Positions 28,230-37,771 of a stretch of 64,000 nt of DNA are shown piece after piece. Source of the DNA: Pseudomonadota bacterium (GTDB taxonomy: Bacteria > Bdellovibrionota_F > JAHFAK01 > JBDREC01); assembly GCA_043820105.1 (NCBI GenBank), contig JBDREC010000039.1, positions 1-64,000 of the forward strand, read 5' to 3'. The number at the start of each line of letters is the position of its first letter. Position 1 is the stretch's first letter. Under the pieces are notes generated by a model. It worked only from the letters and a program-made list of their open reading frames with translations, searched no databases and was not told the DNA's origin. Both the position numbers and the translations under genes were made by a program.

Positions 28230-31200
28230 ATGAAAAAAGAGTATAATAATTTTTCCTTTAAGTTTATTTTAGTGTTTCACCTTCTTTTTTTGCCTCTTTT
28301 CGCTGAAAATTCAGATGTTTGCTCTAATGAAAAACTCTTTTTAGAAACCATGAAACCCAAACAAGAAGCTCTTGAAAATACAGAGACCATTTTAATAAAT
28401 CTTCTTGATAACAAGTTAAATGAAAAAATACCGATTAATTTGATTTTTTTCATTAATCCTAAAAATCCGGAAGACGTTGCAAATAGAATCACTGAATTGG
28501 AAAATGAAAGCCAAAATTATGATATCTACAAGGATGTTTTTTTCAAAGAAATTCATGGCTGTCAAAACAAGAACAAAAAAATAAAAACAAAACTTAATGA
28601 ACTGGTTCTGTTGCAAAAAAACATTATTGAATTAAAACTCAATTTTTTAAAAATCCCGCTTGATAAAAGAATCGAAATTATAGATTTAAATTTCCAAATA
28701 TCGGCTCATTCCGAAACGAGCAAAAAACTATCAGATGTAAAAGAAGATGCAATACAACGTATTTCAGAGGCGGATAAAAATATTGAAGAGGCACGTTCAA
28801 AAATTCAGTTGTCAATCCCCAGCAATTTAAAAGAATTAATTTATCAACAAAATATTTTAGAAAACCTTAGCAAAGAAATTGCAAAACTAAGTCTCGAGCT
28901 TTCAAATAAGTTAAATGATAAGACCATATATTATAATGACACACTAGACAAGCTCATAAAAATTGATAAACAACTGAACAAGTCCTTTGTTAGTCTTAGT
29001 GATATGAAATTGCTATATTATGACATAACTAATATCTGGAGAAGTTTTGTCGATAAAGCATCTGCCTATCTGGACCTTCAAAAAAACTTCCTGCCAATAC
29101 CGGAAATACCTCAAAAGCCTAATGCTTTACTTTCAGAATTAAAAGATAATGTTGAGGTTAATAACTATAATACCACTTTTGCTAAATTAGAAAAAGAAAG
29201 ATCCTCCCTTGCCAATTTGCAACTTGAACTGTATGAGCTTGATAAAAACAATTATTATGATCTTTTACTAAAAGTAAATCGCTCCAGATCCCTTATGCAT
29301 CAACGCATAATAAAATATAATTATTCCACAATATACAATATCCTGGATATAGATTATGTTAATGATTTAATTCGAGAGATTAGAATAGTTCCAAACAGAT
29401 ATATTGCCTTATTTCTTAGCAAATATCTGGAAATTAAAAACCTGGTTAGTAGTGGTTTTGATGGGATAATAAAAATAGTTTTTCAACTTGTTCTTTTATT
29501 ATCAATATTGCTAATTCCTTTTGGAATATATTATTCAGCTAAAATTGGCACGACCTTTTTAGATAGTATGCGCAGTAATATAATAAGAAGTCGCAATATA
29601 ACAAAGTTCTCTTCCTTCCTGGCCTTATGGATTCAAAGAATAAACGTATATTTACCCTGGATAATTATTCTGATAGGTTTAAGTTTCATTAAGAATATTA
29701 TAAAAACCACAGCTTTTGCAGGGATTGAGACCTTCCTCCCTTATTTTTGTTTTTATGTTTACTATAGAGTGCTAAAATTATTTTTAGCCACAACAATAAG
29801 CAAAATATCAATTGATAGTAATAAAAAAACTTATATTACAATTAACAAAGAAATAAAAAAAACAACTCATTTTCTTGGGATTATATTTCTTATATACGTA
29901 TCGATACTGTACACGGCTGAATCCATTATTGGCAAAGCTCTTATTTATAACATTGTAAATAATATAATGTTCTTTATCGGATATTTTGTAATATCTTTTG
30001 CTTTTGTTCCCTGGAGAGACGAAATATCTTTTCATCTATTAAAATTTGTTCCAGATAAAACAAAAAATATTATTGAAAAAACAATTAAATCAAAATTATT
30101 TATTCTCTTTGCTTTTTTATATCTATTAATAATTTTTGCATATTATGTTTTCCAAAGAACCGCTGAAAAAATGGGAGAGTTTGATTTTTCCAAAAAAATA
30201 TCTGCAAAATTATTTAGAAGAAAACTTGAGACTGCAGCAAAAAATATCCACTCAGATATTAATAAAACACTTCCGGAAGATTACATTTCGATATTTAAAA
30301 CATATGAATCCCTGGCAGATAATTTCCTTGTTAGTATTAAAAATGATTTAACTGATAAAATTGAATCTCAAATTGAAAACTGGATAAATGATAAAAGCGA
30401 AGAAGATTCAATTGCACTATATGGTGAGAAGGGTTCTGGCAAAAGCACTCTTTTAAGATCTGTCAAAAACAAATATAGCAAACTAAATATTGTTTATGCT
30501 GAAATTACAGAAAAATTAACAACCAAGAACCAGGTCTTGTCATATTTCGAGGATTTATTGAGTATTCCTTTAAAAAAAGAGGGGGTTGCTGAACTAGTAA
30601 GAACCGACACAGAACGAAAGAAAACCTTGATAATAATAGATAACGCGCATAATTTATTCTTATCTAAAAGAAAAGGGTTTGATGGATTTCACACCTTTAT
30701 TGACTTGATAAATGCACAAACCCAAAACATTTTTTGGTTAGCCGCTTTTAATAATTACAGTTGGTTTTACCTTGTTAGTGTTTTTGGCAAGAACAGATAT
30801 TTCCGACTGGCTCTAAAAATGCCACCCTGGTCTGAAACAGAACTTAAAACAATGGTTATGACCAGACATCAAAATACTAATTATTCCCTGAAATATGATC
30901 CTATTTTATACGCAACAGGCAAAGCCAGTTCCTTTAATCAAAATAATTTAATAGAAGAAAAGTTTTTCAGACTGCTCTGGGAGCAATCTGATGGAATTCC
31001 AAGAGCAGCTATAAATATATGGCTTTCATCATTAAAGCCTTCTTATGGAAAAATAATACAAGTAGGCCTTCCAAAAGAAACAAACAAAAATATCTTTTCC
31101 ATTTTGGCGGATGAAATATTTTTTGTATATGCAGCTATTATCAGACATGAAAACATCTCTACTTATCAAATAATTGAAACAACCGACATGCCTGAAGGAA

Positions 31201-31340
31201 CAGTAAGATACGCTCTAAAATATGGCATTGAAAACGGCTTTTTAACTAAAACAGATAAAGGAGTTTATAGAATTAACTCTGAATGGTCTAAAGATTTATG
31301 TAAACTATTAGAATGGAAAAATTTAATTTATGGATACTAA
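28230..31340 (+). CDS. Large membrane protein: periplasmic coiled-coil, multi-TM region and C-terminal P-loop ATPase
   Basis: Signal peptide; TM block; Walker A GEKGSGKST and Walker B LIIIDNAH; overlaps the downstream mscS start. Confidence 0.75.
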   Translation: MKKEYNNFSFKFILVFHLLFLPLFAENSDVCSNEKLFLETMKPKQEALENTETILINLLDNKLNEKIPINLIFFINPKNPEDVANRITELENESQNYDIYKDVFFKEIHGCQNKNKKIKTKLNELVLLQKNIIELKLNFLKIPLDKRIEIIDLNFQISAHSETSKKLSDVKEDAIQRISEADKNIEEARSKIQLSIPSNLKELIYQQNILENLSKEIAKLSLELSNKLNDKTIYYNDTLDKLIKIDKQLNKSFVSLSDMKLLYYDITNIWRSFVDKASAYLDLQKNFLPIPEIPQKPNALLSELKDNVEVNNYNTTFAKLEKERSSLANLQLELYELDKNNYYDLLLKVNRSRSLMHQRIIKYNYSTIYNILDIDYVNDLIREIRIVPNRYIALFLSKYLEIKNLVSSGFDGIIKIVFQLVLLLSILLIPFGIYYSAKIGTTFLDSMRSNIIRSRNITKFSSFLALWIQRINVYLPWIIILIGLSFIKNIIKTTAFAGIETFLPYFCFYVYYRVLKLFLATTISKISIDSNKKTYITINKEIKKTTHFLGIIFLIYVSILYTAESIIGKALIYNIVNNIMFFIGYFVISFAFVPWRDEISFHLLKFVPDKTKNIIEKTIKSKLFILFAFLYLLIIFAYYVFQRTAEKMGEFDFSKKISAKLFRRKLETAAKNIHSDINKTLPEDYISIFKTYESLADNFLVSIKNDLTDKIESQIENWINDKSEEDSIALYGEKGSGKSTLLRSVKNKYSKLNIVYAEITEKLTTKNQVLSYFEDLLSIPLKKEGVAELVRTDTERKKTLIIIDNAHNLFLSKRKGFDGFHTFIDLINAQTQNIFWLAAFNNYSWFYLVSVFGKNRYFRLALKMPPWSETELKTMVMTRHQNTNYSLKYDPILYATGKASSFNQNNLIEEKFFRLLWEQSDGIPRAAINIWLSSLKPSYGKIIQVGLPKETNKNIFSILADEIFFVYAAIIRHENISTYQIIETTDMPEGTVRYALKYGIENGFLTKTDKGVYRINSEWSKDLCKLLEWKNLIYGY

Positions 31341-32136
31341 TAATATAAAAAACATTACAGAAATAACAGATTTCCTTAAATTTGATAAGCTCGTATATTT
31401 TTTTCTTGGGATTATTCTGCTTATCTTTATTTCAAAAGGATTAAGAAAATTAGGAGAATCTCTACACAATAAATTTCCGGCAAAAAGACTTGTTATTCTT
31501 CAGGTAATGACCATTTCAATTTTTTCAATATACATTTTGGGAGCTATTGTGCTCTTTTATGGAGTTATAAATCCATCAAGAGAGATGATGTTAGCAATTG
31601 GAGGTTCTGCAGCTGTAGCGATTGGTTTTTCATTAAAAGATATTGTTGCATCGATAATTTCCGGATTAATCCTTCTTTTTGATAAACCTTTTCAGGTTGG
31701 AGACAGGGTGAGTTTCGGCAATTATTATGGTGAAATTAAGTCCATTGGTTTGCGTGCAGTAAGGCTATGCACTCTGGATGACAGTCTTGTAACAATTCCC
31801 AATTCCAGATTTATTAATGATACTGTGGCTTCATCAAACGCCGGAGCTCTTGATATGATGGTGGTTGTTAATTTTCATGTTGCCTTAGATACAAAATTGG
31901 ATTTAGCAAAAAAATTAATTTATGAAATCATAGTAACAAGTAAATACGCATATTTAAAAAAAACCGTCACCATAACCATTGATGAAGTTGAGATCGCAGA
32001 AAGACTCGCGATTAAATTAACAGCCAAGGCGTATGTTTTAGATGTTAAATATGAAAAAGCTTTCCAGTCAGATATTGTATTAAGAGTAAGTGAGGAATTC
32101 AAAGAAAATAACATCAAAAGACCTACTGTTAATTAG
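31330..32136 (+). CDS. Small-conductance mechanosensitive channel (MscS family)
   Basis: AVAIGFSLKDIVASIISG, DKPFQVGDRV, IGLRAV, VTIPNS. Confidence 0.9.
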   Translation: MDTNNIKNITEITDFLKFDKLVYFFLGIILLIFISKGLRKLGESLHNKFPAKRLVILQVMTISIFSIYILGAIVLFYGVINPSREMMLAIGGSAAVAIGFSLKDIVASIISGLILLFDKPFQVGDRVSFGNYYGEIKSIGLRAVRLCTLDDSLVTIPNSRFINDTVASSNAGALDMMVVVNFHVALDTKLDLAKKLIYEIIVTSKYAYLKKTVTITIDEVEIAERLAIKLTAKAYVLDVKYEKAFQSDIVLRVSEEFKENNIKRPTVN

Positions 32137-32296
32137 GTTGTTTTTTAAGATAAAACAATACTATTTATCTGATTTTAATCATAACAGGAAGAAAAAAACA
32201 AGCCAACCCTTATTCGTTTATTCAATGAAATGTCGCACTTATAGCTTTTGCCTATTCTTAAGTTCTTGTTATGATTGAGGTAGTTTTGCCTGAATT

Positions 32297-32312
32297 TGGC
32301 ACTGAATTTGCT
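32297..32312 (+). promoter_or_regulatory. sigma54 promoter
   Basis: TGGCACTGAATTTGCT. Confidence 0.75.
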
Positions 32313-32352
32313 AATAAGGTAATATTGTAGTTATCCAGGCAATGGGTATATT

Positions 32353-32574
32353 GTGAACAAACAGAAATTAAAACTAATCTTATTCTTTATCTTAATCTTT
32401 ATTTTAAACTTGTCCCTTCCAATCACGATCAGGCAAGCTTTTGCTGCATATCCTATGTTTGTTGGATGTGGAGTTCGGCATATTGGTTATGAAGATGGCC
32501 GTGAAATAAGCGTTGCTGAGGATGTAAGTTCAAATATCCTGGTACTAAAAAGTAAAAATTGGGGGAATAGATAA
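32353..32574 (+). CDS. Short signal-peptide ORF, possibly a truncated beta-propeller (SBBP-like) remnant
   Basis: Signal-like N-terminus ending QAFA; GYEDGREISVAEDVSSNILV resembles one SBBP blade. Confidence 0.35.
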   Translation: MNKQKLKLILFFILIFILNLSLPITIRQAFAAYPMFVGCGVRHIGYEDGREISVAEDVSSNILVLKSKNWGNR

Positions 32575-32576
32575 AA

Positions 32577-35255
32577 GTGTTGGAACTTAAAAGAATAATA
32601 ACATTTCTCATCCCTGTCTTATGCTTTAGTTTTTTCTCAATACAGGCAAGCCAGGATTGCCTGAACCTTTTTTCTTTTACTATTCTAAACGCAGAAAGAT
32701 CAAATTTAGAGCAAAGGTCTTTAAATGCTACTATCCAGACAAGAATTACTGCTTCAGGTGCCTTTAATGATGCTCTTGGCAACAGTTTTTTTAGACCAAT
32801 TTTTGCAGATCATCCAGTTGAAATTGATTTGCTTCAAGGTGTGATTGTAGAAGTAAGGATATTTGAAAAGTCAGATGACATGCCTAATATTTTTAAAACA
32901 AAGCCTATAAAGAGAATTGAGTTCAAGCTTTTTATTAATGAAAATGGTCAATTGGCATCTTCTTTTGAGAATAATTATAATCGTGATTCAATGAAAAATG
33001 GGATTATTCTACGCAGGTTAATTGGCAAATCTTTGCACTTTGATTATCATAAATTTTGGGGAAGCTTTGAAGTTGCTTCAAATAGCGTGGTAGCGATAAG
33101 ACTTAAAGATGGTCAGGTTCTTAGAGCTGATGTTCTTGATGTTCAAAATATTAAAGATGCTTTAAGCATAGACATGAATAAAGAGAACTCACATATAATC
33201 ATGAGCAGAGATTATTCACTTGTCTATAACAGGCATGGAAGTTTAGTTAGGTCTGACATGTCCCCCCCTAATGCCGGTGAAATGGCAGGCTTTGATTTGC
33301 ATACTGCAATAGTCCGTCTTGGAAAGCATGGCGAGCTTTATTTGGGAGAAAGGAATATTGCAAGATTTAATAACTTTGAAATGCATATTGCAGCTGTTAA
33401 AATTTTGAATGGTTTTGTTGTTGAGGTAAACATATTAAAAGTTAAGAACACCTATGACGTTAAAAAACCAGGTTCAATTGATTCACAGCTGGCAGATAAT
33501 GGAAAAAGGGAATTTGCTTTAATTTACGATATTAATGGAAACTTAATTGAAACCCAAACAAAACACTCAACTAACAGCTTGGAAGGTCATGTGAAAATAG
33601 ACGGAAGAACCATTATTACAAGGCTAAGTGACAGTGGTCGCCTTTCTATTGCAGCTCTTGGATATAATCTGGAGTTTGCAAATCATAAGGCTGGGATCGT
33701 TGCTATTAAATGCCGGAATGGGGTCATTTGGGAGCTCGACTTTTTAGATGCCACACATATTTGGAACATTAAAGATTTAGATGATATTGAAAGACATATA
33801 AAAAAAGATGAAAATGGCCTTGAGATTGGAAGACAATTTTTCAGACTGGTTTGGGATAGAGATCAAAATCTGCTTGGATCTTTTTACACACATTCCGGAA
33901 GGATTACTCCACGCTATGGCAATAATGAGGGGCCCATTACCTTAGCTCCAGATATAAATGCCCAGGAGATCTTCACAAGAAAAGCTAAAAAATATTTAGC
34001 AGATGATGAAAGCGCTTCATCTCCTGCTATTTGTCCACCAAAGATGATAATTATGGATTCAATACCCATCAAAACGTCTGATGCTATAAGTGACAAAGAA
34101 TTATCAACCCTGAATGATATTACAATCAGGACCTTTCTTAAAGAAAATGGAATGCTGAACCTTGGGGGAGAGCATATCTTCCAGAGAAAGAACTTGAGCA
34201 AAAATCCAGTAGAAATCGATATTATTCAAGGTGAAATCATAGAAATTAGAATTTTTGAAATAGCAAGTGCATCTGACTCTGCCTTTTTATCCTCTCCAAT
34301 CGAAAAAGTAGAATTTTCACTTGCCTTTGATTTTGAGGGCAACTTTTTGAGAACTTTTGGATCAAGATTCTATGGTTTTAATAAAAGCTTTCAAGGAACC
34401 ATAATTACAAGATTAAAAAACAGAAGCAGTGAAATCGCAGGCAATAACCTGGGAACCTTTGAAGAAGCGTATGCTTCTAATTTAGTAGCAGCGAGATTTC
34501 AAAATGGAGTGCTTATAAGAACAGATGTTCTTGATTTAAGCAAAATCAAAGAAGCCCTTGATTTAAAGCCACAGGAGCAGGAAGCTCATATCTTGGATTC
34601 CAGAGAATACATTCTTAATTATAATACAAGGGGTGAATTAGTAGCTTCTTACACTCACCAATCATCAATAACAATGGCAAGGCTTGAAACCTTTGAATCA
34701 AATATTCTTGTATTAAGATTAAACGATGAAGGCTTAATCCGAATAGGCAAAAAAGATGTTTTGAAAAAAAGGTGTTTTGCAAATAGCCTGGCTGCTGTAT
34801 CAATTACAGATGGTGTTGTGACATTGGTAAGAATTTTGAATATTGAAAAGCCTTATGATTTAGATGACATAATAAAGCTTAACAGACATGTTGTAGAGAA
34901 TGGAAAAATTGAATTCTACCTGGTCTGGGATATAGCTGGAAGATTAATTGATTCTTTTCAAAGCCTTTATCCAGTTCCCCAAAGGCTTTGGTATATAAAT
35001 GGAGTTATAAGTGGAAATTTATTTGTGGATTCACATAATGGCTTTATCTTCAGGGGAGTTCGTTATTCTTTTGGAACAAAAGAAGATTATAGTGGATACC
35101 CTATTAGCAAAATACAGTTTTCAGAACCAAGAAGGCCAGGCCAAATAACAAGTTTTGTAATCTTTGATGAATCAAGCAAAGAAGAGGTGGTTGTCTGGAC
35201 AGATGATATAGTAAGAAAAGATTTATCGAGCATTGGCAATGGTATGATAAATTAA
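32577..35255 (+). CDS. Hypothetical exported protein built from diverged ~90-aa repeats
   Basis: Signal peptide; duplicated blocks PVEIDLLQGVIVEVRIFE / PVEIDIIQGEIIEIRIFE and recurring EFxLxxDxxGxLI. Confidence 0.7.
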   Translation: MLELKRIITFLIPVLCFSFFSIQASQDCLNLFSFTILNAERSNLEQRSLNATIQTRITASGAFNDALGNSFFRPIFADHPVEIDLLQGVIVEVRIFEKSDDMPNIFKTKPIKRIEFKLFINENGQLASSFENNYNRDSMKNGIILRRLIGKSLHFDYHKFWGSFEVASNSVVAIRLKDGQVLRADVLDVQNIKDALSIDMNKENSHIIMSRDYSLVYNRHGSLVRSDMSPPNAGEMAGFDLHTAIVRLGKHGELYLGERNIARFNNFEMHIAAVKILNGFVVEVNILKVKNTYDVKKPGSIDSQLADNGKREFALIYDINGNLIETQTKHSTNSLEGHVKIDGRTIITRLSDSGRLSIAALGYNLEFANHKAGIVAIKCRNGVIWELDFLDATHIWNIKDLDDIERHIKKDENGLEIGRQFFRLVWDRDQNLLGSFYTHSGRITPRYGNNEGPITLAPDINAQEIFTRKAKKYLADDESASSPAICPPKMIIMDSIPIKTSDAISDKELSTLNDITIRTFLKENGMLNLGGEHIFQRKNLSKNPVEIDIIQGEIIEIRIFEIASASDSAFLSSPIEKVEFSLAFDFEGNFLRTFGSRFYGFNKSFQGTIITRLKNRSSEIAGNNLGTFEEAYASNLVAARFQNGVLIRTDVLDLSKIKEALDLKPQEQEAHILDSREYILNYNTRGELVASYTHQSSITMARLETFESNILVLRLNDEGLIRIGKKDVLKKRCFANSLAAVSITDGVVTLVRILNIEKPYDLDDIIKLNRHVVENGKIEFYLVWDIAGRLIDSFQSLYPVPQRLWYINGVISGNLFVDSHNGFIFRGVRYSFGTKEDYSGYPISKIQFSEPRRPGQITSFVIFDESSKEEVVVWTDDIVRKDLSSIGNGMIN

Positions 35256-35278
35256 AGACACCTTGGGAATTCTCTGAA

Positions 35279-35330
35279 AAAAAACACAAGACGAACCTTT
35301 AGGGAAAAAACACAAGACGAACCTTTAGGG
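35279..35330 (+). repeat. Perfect 26-bp tandem duplication of a REP-like motif upstream of the RAYT
   Basis: AAAAAACACAAGACGAACCTTTAGGG x2. Confidence 0.85.
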
Positions 35331-35452
35331 AAATGTCTAATTTCCAGAATTCATAAGAAAAAATAAACCTTCTAATTAAAGTCGATATCTGTTTTGTCTC
35401 TAATTGTCGCAAATAATTAGTTTTTTGGGTTTGTGTATGTTTCAAGCAATAA

Positions 35453-35468
35453 TGGCAGCATTTTTGCA
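35453..35468 (+). promoter_or_regulatory. sigma54 promoter upstream of the RAYT
   Basis: TGGCAGCATTTTTGCA (GG-N10-GC). Confidence 0.55.
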
Positions 35469-35529
35469 TATTGTTTTTCATTATTCATTAAAATGTTAAA
35501 AACATAAAAGTAACATAAGGAAAAACCCA

Positions 35530-36285
35530 ATGCCGTATCTGCCAAGAAGAACAATAACAAAGGAAAGCAATATATTTCATATTACCTGGCAGTTTCATAA
35601 CAAAGATTGGTTTTTCAGTGAATATTGGGCCAAGCATGTTTACTATAGTTTAATGCTAACTTGCTCGGCACTATTTAATATTAATGTTTATTGTTACGCA
35701 TTTATGGATTCGCATGCACATTTTATTTTTCAATCGGAAGTACCTGAATTTATTTCAAAATTATTTCATAAAATTCATACAATATTTGCAATTGCATTTA
35801 ATAAAAGAAATGGCCGACGGGGACAAGTTTTTATGGATCGATTCAAGACAATTCCTATAAAGAGTGAAAAAGAATTACTTAGAGTGATGGCTTATATCGA
35901 TCTTAACCAAAAAAGAGCAGGCAAGGTAAAACATCCAAGACAAAACAAGTTTTCATCTTATAAGCATTATGCCTTGGGAATAAAAGATGAGTTAATAACG
36001 GAAGTAAAGGCTTATCTCGATATGGGGATTAATAAAAGCTTAAGGCAAAGAACATATAGAAAATTAATAGAATCAAAACTAAAAACAGATTGGGAAAAAA
36101 AGATGCAATATTCATCTGAATGGGTAATTGGAGATATTTCATGGGTAGATACAGTAAGCAGAAAACTTAGGGCCATAATGAGGGACAAAAGGGATAAATG
36201 GAAGAAAGGATATAAAGAAAGATTTGGAATGGATCCAAGTGAAATGCATAAATTAATGAGACAACTTTCAATAATTGCCAAATAA
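35530..36285 (+). mobile_element. REP-associated tyrosine transposase (RAYT, Y1_Tnp HUH family)
   Basis: FHITWQ, YAFMDSHAHF (HUH), RRGQVFMDRFK, YIDLN (catalytic Tyr), RAG..FSSYKHY. Confidence 0.85.
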
Positions 36286-36492
36286 AATGTTAAGATTAAG
36301 CAAGTCAAAGAAAGGGATTATCTAAAATATCAATATTATATAATGATTTTTTAAAATAGACTGAATTAAAATAAGAATCCAAAATCCTGATTTTCAAAAA
36401 GCTTCAAATCTAAAATTAGTCATATTATTTGGGTCTTTAGGTCAAAAAGCTCATTTTTTTCATATAGCGTAGTAAATTGTTTAAAGAAAAAT

Positions 36493-36516
36493 AAAAGGGT
36501 CGTCTTATGATTTTTT
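36493..36516 (-). repeat. Inverted copy of the CAAGACGA motif downstream of the RAYT
   Basis: Reverse complement AAAAAATCATAAGACGACCCTTTT. Confidence 0.6.
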
Positions 36517-36578
36517 ATCTTTTTATTAACAACAGGTTAGTCATGATTCCAATTCTGCCTATTCCCATCTGTTTCTGT

Positions 36579-36603
36579 CTGTTTCCATGGAGTCTGTGAT
36601 AAA
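36579..36603 (+). repeat. Repeat A, copy 1 (upstream of the pilin)
   Basis: CTGTTTCCATGGAGTCTGTGATAAA; 23/25 identical to 38947-38971. Confidence 0.85.
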
Positions 36604-36661
36604 AACGTGATAAAAAATGATATGATAAATGTTGTGATTCTTAGATAGTTAATTATTGCTA

Positions 36662-36677
36662 TTTTTTTTTTTTTTTT
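36662..36677. repeat. Poly-T16 tract upstream of the pilin
   Basis: 16 consecutive T between TTGCTA (36656-36661) and AATAAT (36680-36685). Confidence 0.8.
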
Positions 36678-36743
36678 GAAATAATTGTCAGTCTGTATGT
36701 GGGTAGGCAGCAATGTTTAATTTTTAAAAAAGAGGAGACCACT

Positions 36744-37259
36744 ATGAAAAAGAAAGGTTTTACACTAGTCGAACTAATGATCGTTGTTGCGATCATCGGA
36801 ATCTTGGCAGCAATTGCTATTCCAAGTTTTATGGCTTATATTAAGAAGTCCAAGAAATCGGAATTAAATGTAATGGTAAATGGAATTTTTGCAGCAGAGA
36901 CTGACTATACTATCGATAATGCAAAATTTCATGCTTGTTACCCATCTGTTCCAACTGATGATGTGAATGTTCTTAGTGGAAATAAACTGTCTGGATCTCA
37001 AGCAGCATTTGCCAATGATACAAATGGTTTTAAAATTATAGGCTATGTTCCAGATCAGGATACATATACAGGAGCACAGGTAGACTGCACCAATGGGACC
37101 AACAATCCAACAATGAAGTGTACTATACTTTTATTTCAGGACTTGGATGATGATGGTAATAGAGGTGATTATCTACAAGTAATTAGAAGAGCAAAATCAG
37201 AGACAGGAAATACTTGGAAATTAGGAAGTCTAACAGAAAATCCGAGCTTTATTGATTAA
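36744..37259 (+). CDS. Type IV pilin (class III signal peptide)
   Basis: [43 protein letters not shown] motif in the globular part. Confidence 0.92.
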   Translation: MKKKGFTLVELMIVVAIIGILAAIAIPSFMAYIKKSKKSELNVMVNGIFAAETDYTIDNAKFHACYPSVPTDDVNVLSGNKLSGSQAAFANDTNGFKIIGYVPDQDTYTGAQVDCTNGTNNPTMKCTILLFQDLDDDGNRGDYLQVIRRAKSETGNTWKLGSLTENPSFID

Positions 37260-37299
37260 TAAAAGATGGCGTCCAAGAAACTAGCAAAAATGTGTCACC
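37257..37299 (+). repeat. Repeat B, copy 1 (begins at the pilin stop codon)
   Basis: TAATAAAAGATGGCGTCCAAGAAACTAGCAAAAATGTGTCACC; 42/43 identical to 38972-39014. Confidence 0.9.
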
Positions 37300-37398
37300 T
37301 GCTTTTCATAGACACGTCACTTACTGTTTTCATGAAGTATTGTCTTGGGTTTTTAGTTTGAGTAGAAAAGAAAAAATATAGCACGGAGGTAAATAGAA

Positions 37399-37614
37399 TT
37401 ATAAAAGATCCTTGTATTTACACTTAAAAGCATTAGCTAGCTTAAACAAAACTCTTAGGGTTGTATTTGTTTTCCCTGTTTCAATTTTTTGATAATGCTT
37501 ATAGCTAATGCCATAGTCTTCCATATCTTCCTGGGTCAATCCTGCCTTTAGCCTCAATTTCTTAATATTTTTACCTGCTTGTATTGGGAACTTATCTTCT
37601 TTTTTCATTTGCAC
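37399..37614 (-). CDS. XRE-family helix-turn-helix regulator
   Basis: GKNIKKLRLKAGLTQEDM, YQKIETGKTNTTLRVLFKLANAF. Confidence 0.85.
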   Translation of the reverse strand: MQMKKEDKFPIQAGKNIKKLRLKAGLTQEDMEDYGISYKHYQKIETGKTNTTLRVLFKLANAFKCKYKDLL

Positions 37615-37771
37615 CTCATAAATCTTACAATTATAGCTACACTCCGGGAGGTAGTATTTTAAAATAATGCAATAAAATCTACTTGCAAAAGCAAATAAAA
37701 AGAGCTATGATTGCATTTAGTGCCACAAGTGCAAATAAGCTGGTTTTTATTTGCAGGAAATGAGGAATATT

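Noticed and set aside
35279-35330. 26-bp repeat as a mini-CRISPR
   Set aside because: Only two copies, directly adjacent with no spacer.
37709-37726. TGGCACTAAATGCA on the minus strand as a sigma54 promoter for the HTH gene
   Set aside because: GG-to-GC spacing is 8 nt, not the required 10.
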